The notes under the pieces are model-generated. The model had not been told where the DNA came from and searched no databases. It saw only the letters and a list, made by a program, of their open reading frames with translations. DNA of 64,000 nucleotides from NCBI GenBank assembly GCA_037443205.1, contig JBBIOU010000002.1:118849-182848 (forward strand), read 5' to 3'. A program made the position numbers and the translations under genes. Below are positions 30,801 through 38,800 of the stretch, piece by piece. Each line of letters opens with the position of its first letter. Position 1 is the first letter of the stretch. The stretch is from Flavobacteriales bacterium (GTDB taxonomy: Bacteria; Bacteroidota; Bacteroidia; Flavobacteriales_D; UBA2798).

Positions 30801-30890
30801 TTTGAACTTAAAAATAACCTTGGTTTGGCTTGTGGCACAAGAGTAGAGATTATTATCCCTCAACCAAAACGACCTTTCCCAAAGATTTAA
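27873..30890 (+). CDS. Sensor histidine kinase: periplasmic two-component-regulator beta-propeller repeats plus Y_Y_Y-like domain, one TM helix, LytS/YehU-type kinase core
   Basis: I prefer the ATG at 27873 (MLKYLLKSLTISGFLLLTFCIRAQ) over the track start at 27789; it lies 1 nt after the paralogue-2 stop. Many repeats follow the pattern G(L)..N.I..I..D..G.lW(fv)GT..Gl..y. A TM segment reads WWFIVMCSILVLFLIIFLY. The kinase core reads MNRHFIFNALNSIQYYI, followed by PPMLLQPYVENSIWHGI and DNGIGI. Confidence 0.9.
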   Translation: MLKYLLKSLTISGFLLLTFCIRAQQYTFINFSTEHGLPQSQVTALCQDNSGYLWFATLGGVSRFDGIEFLNFSNKDGLIDNQSYSLFIDSKQKIYIGSVGGYSVYDGKGFTPVKLPQLYNTSNISAFTEDDLKNIWFVTENMGVGKISPNGQISFYDEKKGLNSNTRTIYFDNNKQLWVGTRYGLFLFDKNKDHFSPVNINGVPDRNISYITRDKYNNIWVATVDEGVYVKHHNTWINFDETNGLISNQIRSITVCSDSSIWFSSRLGISIFKNNSFNNINTDKGLTHSNIRYIGEDNEKNIWICTDGKGIYKFAGEAFVTYTVKTGLSSDFVMSLVEDADKNLWFSTYDKGVCKYNGTNIICFDDSKYLSNNTVWTSTRDAENNLWFGTSIGLNKYDGKKFYIYTDDDGLLSNKITALYADNENLWIGTQNGLNRFYKGTFSSCLNQNGPNPDNIRNIYKDKQGVLWLASSNGLYAYNGKTFKQYKPFPENSDNTLYCIKPALKQGLWVGTKSGLFYFNNSRFEPVVFSDGVSSNYINFLLNDYIYLWIGTNNGIYRLNQQKYFEEAIIEIKNFTRDEGVPGMETNMNAAYKDSRGYLWFGTDKGLVRFNADKEKKYDALIKPYIHIDDVRLYFEKADWKNYTDVFDENTGLPLDPKVNYKKNHFTFYYTGISHTNPKKLKYRFKLEGFDPDWSPETDARFITYSNLPYGSYTFMVKAKNEQGIWSHTATFAFTIKAPFWLTWWFIVMCSILVLFLIIFLYNIRLKEIKRKNERQQLIYQSRLLELEQQALNASMNRHFIFNALNSIQYYINKQDRLEANRYLTSFAKLIRKNLDSSASGQMVSLSEELERLELYISLENMRFKNKFTYQINIQNDIDTQNVKIPPMLLQPYVENSIWHGILPLEQPGHIQLNINSLPDGSIKFAIEDNGIGIETSLMEKNKTKNNHISRGIEITSGRLVVLKKILNEEIIINGPFELKNNLGLACGTRVEIIIPQPKRPFPKI

Positions 30891-30900
30891 CAAAAAACCT

Positions 30901-30955
30901 TTGTTAATAAATAACATTTTATTACTTTTGACCGTATAATTAGATTGTTAATAAA
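30901..30955 (+). promoter_or_regulatory. Exact 11-bp direct repeat (TTGTTAATAAA x2) bracketing a -7 box (TACTTTTG at about 30923-30930)
   Basis: The copies lie at about 30901-30911 and 30945-30955, 44 bp apart. The second ends about 8 nt before the ATG at 30963. Confidence 0.35.
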
Positions 30956-30962
30956 ATTATAG

Positions 30963-31199
30963 ATGAAAAAGGTTTTTCAAATATTTATGATAGTGGGGTT
31001 TATGATAGCTTTTGCATCTTGTTCGAAAGATTACAACGGACCTATAGACCCTGTTACAGGCTTACCTTCTAATTCTATTAAAGGCTCGGAAAATAATAAT
31101 AACACAAGCAACGAATCCGATACCTCCAACGGCATTACCGATGGCGGAGAATCATCTGATTGGTACGGGCCTGACGGCAAAAAGAAGAAAAAACCCTGA
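30963..31199 (+). CDS. Small low-complexity lipoprotein (78 aa)
   Basis: The signal peptide carries the lipobox AFASC. The mature part of about 58 aa is rich in N, S, D and G and ends in a KKKKKP tail. A terminator follows. Confidence 0.6.
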   Translation: MKKVFQIFMIVGFMIAFASCSKDYNGPIDPVTGLPSNSIKGSENNNNTSNESDTSNGITDGGESSDWYGPDGKKKKKP

Positions 31200-31220
31200 T
31201 TTTTAATAATAATTCTTTCA

Positions 31221-31250
31221 AAAAAGCCCCGAATAAATCCGGGGTTTTTT
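31221..31250 (+). terminator. Rho-independent terminator
   Basis: AAAAAGCCCCG-aataaatc-CGGGGTTTTTT follows the stop at 31199. Confidence 0.65.
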
Positions 31251-31334
31251 AATGCCTTATAGCAAAAAAACATGTCTGGCTGATGAACAATAAACCCAAA
31301 TTTAGCATTATAAATTTGAAATAAATCCAAATTT

Positions 31335-31400
31335 TCCGCCATAGGCGGACTCAGTGTGTTGAGTGTCGTGTGGGTTTGGGTTATCCGCCATCAGGCGAAC
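31335..31400. other. GC-rich structured island with three CCGCC/GGCGG elements (candidate small RNA or regulatory structure)
   Basis: The sequence is TCCGCC-ata-GGCGGA, then a GT-rich tract of about 34 nt, then TCCGCC-atca-GGCGA. It sits in an otherwise AT-rich 512-bp non-coding gap. Confidence 0.3.
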
Positions 31401-31711
31401 ATTAAGCATGCTAATGCGTAATGTGGGATAAAGCAATCTTTACCGCTTAGCGATCATAATAGTAGCCCCAAATAAGTCTAATGATTATTTTAGGTTATTA
31501 ATTTTATACATGTCTAATTACAATATTTTTTCTATATTTATGTATAGTTTTAGTAAGAATTGTTTGTATTTTTTATTATTTTTATGTTGGCTCATTCACT
31601 GCTTTTGTAACGCATTCTTTAGATATACAAGCGATTAAAGGAGTATATAAAAATAGTTGATGAGTGTATTGATTACAATTTAAATAAAAATAATTTTTTT
31701 AAATTTTATAC

Positions 31712-33259
31712 ATGTCCAACACTGCTTCCGACCAATTGCATAAGTTAATAAAAGCCCTTACACGACCCGAAAAACGGTATTTTAAAATTTATACTAAACG
31801 CTATTTTGCTGATTCTGACAATAACTACCAGCGATTGTTTGATGCCATTGATAAAATGGATGTTTATGATGAGCAGCAACTCAAGAAAAAGTTTCATAAC
31901 GAATTGTTTATGAATCAATTAAGTATATCCAAGGCACGTTTATACGACCAGATTTTAAAAAGCCTTAATAGCTTTCATGCCAATAGCTCGATAGATGCTC
32001 AACTAAAAAAACTTCTTCATAGCGCAGAAATACTCTATAAAAAAACTCTTTATAACCAATGTCATAAACTACTTAAAACTGCTCGCAAACTTGCCATTAA
32101 ATACGAAAAGCACACCACCTTACTTGAAGTATTAACCTGGGAAAAAAAACTTATTGAAAAAGATAATTATACCGAAGTAAATGAAGAAGAACTTGAAAAA
32201 ATTTTAGAGCAAGACCGTCTGACATTAGAAAAGATAAAAAATTTTTCGGAATTCTGGCACATAAAAAGCCGCTTATTTTATATACTTAACCGAAAAGGCA
32301 AAGCACGAAACGCAAATGAACTTTCGGGCTTTAAATCAATTATTGATAACGTTTTATTAAACAGCGAAAGTGCAGCACTGTATTTTGAAACCAAATACCT
32401 GTATCACCACATTTACAGTGCTTTTTATTTTGGTATTGACGATTACGAAAACAGCTACAAACATCTAAAAAGAAATGTAGAACTGATTGAAGAGAACATA
32501 GAATTATTTAAAGAGGAACCCAACACCTATTTTTCGGTATTAACAAATGCCATATATGTTGGTACGCGCATAAAAAAATACCCCGAGGCCTTTGCTTATC
32601 TTAAAAAATTGCGCGAATTACCCGAAAAACTGACACTTAACCGAAACGAAGATTTAGACATTAAGCTTTTTTCCAGTTCTTTTAGCATTGAAACCACCAT
32701 GTATATTATACTTGGTGAATTTGAAAAAGGTATCAAACTGGTACCAATTATTGAAGAAGGATTTAAATTATATGGCGACCGCATCAATATTGTTCGCAAA
32801 GCATACCTGTATTTTAATATTGCAGTATTATATTTAGGAGAAAAAAATTATTCTGAAGCCATACGCTGGATCAACAAACTACTCAATGATATAGATATTG
32901 ATAAATCGCAGGATTTGTACTGTTTTGCTCAATTGCTTAATTTAATTATACACCTGGAACTTGATAACCGGCAACTGGTTCCTTATGCTCTGGCCTCTAC
33001 CGAACGATACCTCAAATCCAGAAACAGAGTATATAAATTTGAAACCGTAATTTTAAACTTTATAAAGAAAATATCTAAAATACGCGACCTGCAAAAAGCT
33101 GATGAAATATATGCCAAATTGCTGCAAGAAATAAATATATTAACAACCGATAACTTTGAAAAAACCGCTTTAGAGTATTTTGACTTTTTATCGTGGGCAG
33201 AAAGTAAGGTTTATAAAAAAGACTTTAAAGAATTGGTTCGTAAAAAAGCAGGAATTTAA
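31712..33259 (+). CDS. Hypothetical all-helical (TPR-like) cytoplasmic protein
   Basis: The protein is 515 aa with no signal peptide. It is rich in K, E and L, with repeated helical hairpin-like segments. I recognise no catalytic motif. Confidence 0.65.
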   Translation: MSNTASDQLHKLIKALTRPEKRYFKIYTKRYFADSDNNYQRLFDAIDKMDVYDEQQLKKKFHNELFMNQLSISKARLYDQILKSLNSFHANSSIDAQLKKLLHSAEILYKKTLYNQCHKLLKTARKLAIKYEKHTTLLEVLTWEKKLIEKDNYTEVNEEELEKILEQDRLTLEKIKNFSEFWHIKSRLFYILNRKGKARNANELSGFKSIIDNVLLNSESAALYFETKYLYHHIYSAFYFGIDDYENSYKHLKRNVELIEENIELFKEEPNTYFSVLTNAIYVGTRIKKYPEAFAYLKKLRELPEKLTLNRNEDLDIKLFSSSFSIETTMYIILGEFEKGIKLVPIIEEGFKLYGDRINIVRKAYLYFNIAVLYLGEKNYSEAIRWINKLLNDIDIDKSQDLYCFAQLLNLIIHLELDNRQLVPYALASTERYLKSRNRVYKFETVILNFIKKISKIRDLQKADEIYAKLLQEINILTTDNFEKTALEYFDFLSWAESKVYKKDFKELVRKKAGI

Positions 33260-33282
33260 AAATATTATTAAACACATTTTAT

Positions 33283-33924
33283 ATGCAAAAAAAATATCTG
33301 CTCATAATTTTAAGTATCTGTTTATTTGAATGCATTTATGCTGATACAACCTTATATATTAAGGTTCATTTTAATTATGGCTCAAAACCTAAACATAAAT
33401 ATAAAGCTATTGAACACAAATATTTTGGCGGGCTGCATGGTGGGCATGTAACTTTGCAATTGGGTGATTCTGTTTACGGATTCAATCCTTCTAAAGGAGC
33501 CAGAGTTTTTAGCAGAAAAAACAAATCAAACGGTGTTTATATTTTAGAAAGTGAATTAGTGTATCATGGTGATACAAACGGTAGTAAGCAAAGTACAATT
33601 ATAATCCCGGTGAGCCGATATCAATTTCAAAAAATAAAAAAGAAAGCTGATTTATATTTAAAACAAACGCCCTACGATTATGCATTTTTTGGAATGCGTT
33701 GTGCATCGGCCTGTTACGACTTATTATCGGAAGCAGAGATTGTAAAACGTAAAAGTATTTTTGCCAATACATATTCTAATTTTTATCCTAAACTATTGCG
33801 GAAAAAACTGCTAAATATGGCCTTAGAAAAAAATTATACTATATTGCATCAACCCGGAAGAATGACACGTAAATGGGAAAAAGACCCTAAAAAACTGAGA
33901 AAAAAATTGAATTTATCAAAGTAA
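33283..33924 (+). CDS. Hypothetical secreted protein
   Basis: A signal peptide (..FECIYA) is present. The protein is 213 aa and basic. The segment GGLHGGHVTLQLGD..YGFNP gives no confident family call. Confidence 0.6.
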   Translation: MQKKYLLIILSICLFECIYADTTLYIKVHFNYGSKPKHKYKAIEHKYFGGLHGGHVTLQLGDSVYGFNPSKGARVFSRKNKSNGVYILESELVYHGDTNGSKQSTIIIPVSRYQFQKIKKKADLYLKQTPYDYAFFGMRCASACYDLLSEAEIVKRKSIFANTYSNFYPKLLRKKLLNMALEKNYTILHQPGRMTRKWEKDPKKLRKKLNLSK

Positions 33925-33928
33925 TTAT

Positions 33929-35716
33929 TCAATCCAGTTTCAATACGGCTAAAAAGGCTTGTTGAGGTATTTCTACGCGACCAACCTGACGCATACGTTT
34001 TTTGCCTTCTTTTTGCTTTTCAAGTAATTTTCTTTTACGCGAAATATCGCCACCATAACATTTTGCCGTAACATCTTTGCGCAAGGCTTTGATGGTTTCG
34101 CGGGCAACTATTTTAGAGCCGATAGCCGCTTGTATAGGTATTTCGAATTGCTGTCGCGGGATTAGTTCCTTTAGTTTTTCGCACATTTTTTTGCCCAGTT
34201 CATAGGCATGGTTTCGATGCACCAGCGCTGATAGTGCATCAACCTGCTCACCGTTTAATAATATATCGAGTTTAATTAAATCAGATTCTCTGTAGCCAAT
34301 AGGGTGATAATCTAGAGAAGCGTAACCACGGGATATAGTTTTTAATTTATCATAAAAATCAAATACTATTTCGCCTAATGGCATTTCAAAAATCAACTCA
34401 ACACGGTTGGTAGTTAAGTAATTTTGGTTAATTAATATGCCGCGCTTATTGATGCACAAAGTCATAATGGCGCCTACATAATCGGCCTTGGTAATTATTT
34501 GTGCTTTAATGTAGGGTTCTTCAACAAATTCAAGCGATGCGAGGTCGGGCAGTTCGCTGGGGTTATGTACCCAAATCATTTCTTGTTTGCGATTATAAGC
34601 TTTATATAGCACGTTGGGAACAGTGGTTATTACATTCATATTAAATTCGCGTTCCAGGCGTTCTTGCACAATCTCCATGTGTAAAAGGCCTAAAAATCCG
34701 CAGCGAAAACCAAATCCCAAAGCTGCTGATGATTCGGGTTCAAATATTAAAGACGCATCGTTTAATTGTAGTTTTTCCATCGAGGCTCTTAACTCCTCAA
34801 AATCTTCCGTATCTACCGGGTAAATGCCTGCCCAAACCATAGGTTTTACGTCTTCAAAGCCTTTTATAGCTTCGCTGCACGGGTTGGCCACGTGGGTAAT
34901 AGTGTCGCCCACTTTTACTTCTTTGGCATTTTTTATGCCCGAAATGATGTACCCTACATCGCCTGTTCCGATTTCATTTCGGGGTACCAGGTCAAGTTTA
35001 AGTACCCCAATTTCATCGGCTATATACTCTTTCCCTGTATTTACAAATTTAACCTTATCATTTTTTTTAATCGTTCCGTTTATTACCCTAAAGTAGGCAA
35101 TTATCCCTCTGAAGGAGTTAAATTCCGAGTCGAAGATGAGCGCCTGCAGAGGTTCCTGAGGGTTTCCTTTGGGGGCGGGTATTCTTTCTACAATGGCTTC
35201 TAATATTTTATCTACTCCCAAACCTGTTTTACCACTGGCAGGGATTATGTCTTCTCTTTTGCACCCTACTAAATCAACAATTTGGTCTTTTACTTCTTCG
35301 GGCATGGCTCCGGGCAAATCCATTTTATTTAAAATGGGGATAATTTCCAAATCATGTTCGAGGGCGAGGTATAAATTTGAAATGGTTTGTGCTTGTATGC
35401 CTTGTGCTGCATCTACAACAAGCAATGCTCCTTCACATGCAGCAATAGATCGGGATACTTCATACGAAAAATCCACATGTCCGGGAGTATCAATCAAATT
35501 AAGTATGTATTTTTCTCCTTTATATGTATATTCCATTTGTATGGCATGGCTTTTAATGGTAATGCCGCGTTCGCGCTCCAAATCCATGTCATCCAGAGTT
35601 TGTTCGGTAAGTTGCCTCTCGCTGATGGTTCCGGTAATTTGCAAAAGCCTGTCGGCCAAAGTGCTTTTACCATGGTCTATGTGTGCAATGATACAAAAGT
35701 TACGAATCTTATCCAT
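33929..35716 (-). CDS. lepA: Elongation factor 4 (translational GTPase LepA)
   Basis: The N-terminus is [20 protein letters not shown], with DTPGHVDF and NKMD following. The C-terminal tail [15 protein letters not shown] is characteristic of LepA. Confidence 0.97.
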   Translation of the reverse strand: MDKIRNFCIIAHIDHGKSTLADRLLQITGTISERQLTEQTLDDMDLERERGITIKSHAIQMEYTYKGEKYILNLIDTPGHVDFSYEVSRSIAACEGALLVVDAAQGIQAQTISNLYLALEHDLEIIPILNKMDLPGAMPEEVKDQIVDLVGCKREDIIPASGKTGLGVDKILEAIVERIPAPKGNPQEPLQALIFDSEFNSFRGIIAYFRVINGTIKKNDKVKFVNTGKEYIADEIGVLKLDLVPRNEIGTGDVGYIISGIKNAKEVKVGDTITHVANPCSEAIKGFEDVKPMVWAGIYPVDTEDFEELRASMEKLQLNDASLIFEPESSAALGFGFRCGFLGLLHMEIVQERLEREFNMNVITTVPNVLYKAYNRKQEMIWVHNPSELPDLASLEFVEEPYIKAQIITKADYVGAIMTLCINKRGILINQNYLTTNRVELIFEMPLGEIVFDFYDKLKTISRGYASLDYHPIGYRESDLIKLDILLNGEQVDALSALVHRNHAYELGKKMCEKLKELIPRQQFEIPIQAAIGSKIVARETIKALRKDVTAKCYGGDISRKRKLLEKQKEGKKRMRQVGRVEIPQQAFLAVLKLD

Positions 35717-35732
35717 AAGTTAATCGGGAGCG

Positions 35733-35740
35733 CAAAGGTA
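35733..35740 (-). promoter_or_regulatory. -7 box TACCTTTG (extended TACCTTTGCGC) upstream of lepA
   Basis: The minus-strand sequence TACCTTTGCGC lies about 16 nt upstream of the lepA ATG. The same 11-mer occurs upstream of typA at about 59307-59317. Confidence 0.45.
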
Positions 35741-35806
35741 CTTAATACTAATGAAACTTAAAAAGTATCGGTGTGTAATATACAGTTTTTTACCATCAGA
35801 TAAGCG

Positions 35807-38800
35807 TTAAATTTTAACGCCTATCACGCATACGTCATCAATTTGTTCTAAATCGCCTTTCCATTCTTCAAACATAAAATCGAGCATTTGTTTTTGTATA
35901 TGCATGGGTTTTTCGTGATTATCCAACAACAATTGCCTGAAGTTGCTGTATTTTAATTTTTTTCCTTTAGGGCCGCCAAATTGATCGGCATAACCATCAC
36001 TAAATAAATATAGTTTATCGTTGGCGTATAGTTGTAATTCTTTATTGGTAAATTTAAATTCGTTTTCGCCCACAAAATTGCCTATGGGTTGTTTATCGGC
36101 ATTTATTTCTAATACTTCATTATTGCGTATTATAAAAATAGGATTATTGGCTCCTGCGTATTCCAGGGTATTTTTTTGCAAATCAATGCAGCAAACGGAT
36201 ATATCCATGCCATCGCGTATTTTGGAATCTTCGGCACGTTGTTTTAAGGTCTTTGAAATAATTTTGTTTAACTGATTAAGTATTTCTGCGGGTTGGGTAA
36301 TATGGTATTCATTTACTATTTGATTCAATCCGTTAAATCCTATGATGCTCATAAATGCGCCCGGCACTCCATGTCCGGTGCAATCAACAACGGCAAATAA
36401 TATTTTATTGTCTTTTCGTTCAATCCAATAAAAGTCACCGCTCACAATATCTTTGGGTTTATAAAGCACAAAGGCATTTTTTAGGTGCGATGTTACTACT
36501 TCTTCGGGGGGCAAAATGGCTTGTTGTATTCGTTTAGCGTAAATGATGCTGTCGGTAATATGTTTGTTTTTTTCTTCGATAATTTCTTTTTGTTTTACTA
36601 CCTCGGCTGTTCTTTCGCGCACTTTTTCTTCCAGGTTTAAATAAAGCTTAGCATTTTCGAGCGCTATGCCAACCGATACAGATAGGTTTCTGAGTATATC
36701 TAAATGATACTCGGTGTAAGCGTTGGGTTGATAGCTTTGCACGGTAATAACTCCGATTATTTTTTCTTTGCTGTAAACCGGCAAATAAATAATGGATGAT
36801 GAATCTTTACCCGAAACGGCTTTTTTAATTCCTTTAAGATATTTGGAGTATTCTTCAAAATAATTATTGATGAATAATTCTTGCTGGTTTTTAAAACAGA
36901 TTACAGCCAGTCTTTCATCATCAATATTATAAGAAAAGTCTTCCATGCGAACGCCATTCTCTATAAAACCCGGCATTAGTATTGAGCGCGAATCTTCATC
37001 ATAAATACCAATACCAAACATGGTTGCATCCATCAGATTATTTACGTTTTCATATACTTTTTCTACGATGCTTTCTATAGTCAGACATGAGGTAATATCT
37101 TTTCCTATTTGGCTTAACAGGCGTGTATTTTGATAGGCTTTTTCTATTTCTGCCGTGCGTTCGGCAACTCGCTCTTCCATTTTTTCGTAGAGCGATGCGT
37201 TTTCGAGCGCACTGGCAATATATAATGAAAGGTTACGAATAACATTCAGGTGGTATTCATTATAGGCGTTTTTACGGAAACTTTGTACTGTAATTACACC
37301 AATGCATTTATTTTTAGTGATTAGGGGCAAGTAAATCATAGACTCGGGCATTTCGCCAGCCTGTGCCGTGTAGTTTTTTTGGACATACCTGATGTATTCC
37401 TCTTCCCAGTTATTGATTATTATTTCTTGTTTATTTAAGAAACATCGTGTGGCAATTTTATCATCATTCAAAGAAATATTAAAAGGGTTTAATTTTACGC
37501 CTTTTTCTATGGCTCCTTCATAATACAAATCATTATTATCGGGTCGGTATATGGCTATTCCAAATGTAGTAGCATCCATCAGGTTATTTACGTTGCTGTA
37601 TGCATTTTGTATAATTTCTTCGACTGAAAGTAAGGCAGAAATTTCTTTACCTATTTTACTGAGTAGTTTAGTGTTTTCGTATGTTTTTTGTATTTCTTCT
37701 TTTTGTTTTACTACTTCGATCGTACGTTCTTCTATAGTGTGTTCCAAACCTTTCAGTATAGCAATGTTTTCGAGTGCTATGGCTGTATAGGATGCAAGTG
37801 TTCGTAAAATATCTAAATGATATGTCGTATAGGCATTTTTTTCAAATGCCTGTGCAGAAATAACTCCTATAATTTTTTCGCCTACCATCATGGGGCAAAA
37901 AATAAGCGATTCGGGTAAATCGCCCTTTACCACTACAATTTTATTGGTATATTTTTTATATTCGTTTTGATGGTCATTAATAAATATTTCTTTTTTATGT
38001 GTAACACACCATACCGAATAATTATCAATGTCGTTCATTGAGACGGTTATTGGTGGCAAACGTTGTCCTTTTTCTATGGTATATTTGTACTCAATTGTAT
38101 TTTCTTCGGAGTTGTATATTCTGATGGAGAAACAGGTTGCATCCATCAGTTCGTTTACATTTTTTTGCAGCTTTTCAAAAATGTCTTCCAAATCGTGCGA
38201 TGATATGATTTCTTGTCCTATTTCGCTTAATAAACGGGTGTTATTATATGTTTTTTCTATTTCTTCTTTTTGTTTGATTACCTCTTTGGTGCGATTAACA
38301 ACTTCTTGTTCTACGCTTTTATACAGGTTTGCGTTTTCTATGGCTGTTGAGGCATATAAGGCAAGGTTTCTGAGTATATTGAGATGATATTCGTTATAAG
38401 CATTTTTATTAAAACTCTGTACGGAAATGGTGCCTATAACTTTATTTTTAGCCATTAACGGAATGTATAATATTGACTCGGGTGATTCGCCAATTATGGC
38501 GTCAGAGTCAGTGTGGCAATAATTTTTGTATTCTTTTTGATAATCGTTAATATGTATTTCGCGGGCATTTTTTACACACCAAACGGCTAATTTGTCATTA
38601 TCATCCAATGAAAAAGAAAAATCAGGAAGTTTTTCACCCTTTTCCATTGCTCCTTTTATTTCCAGGGTGTTATATTCTTCGTTAATAATTCCTACGCCTA
38701 TGATAGATGCATCCATGAGGTCGTTGACTTTGTCGTATATTTTTTCGATAACTTTTTGAATGGATAGGTCTGAGGTTAGTTCTCTTCCTATTTGGCTTAG

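Noticed and set aside
31031-31342. 103-aa minus-strand ORF spanning the small lipoprotein gene, its terminator and part of the GC-rich island
   Set aside because: It runs antisense through a terminator hairpin, has no start context, and has implausible composition.
35169-35761. Plus-strand ORFs of 184 aa and 124 aa over the lepA 5' region
   Set aside because: They are antisense to lepA, have odd composition, and lack promoter or start context.
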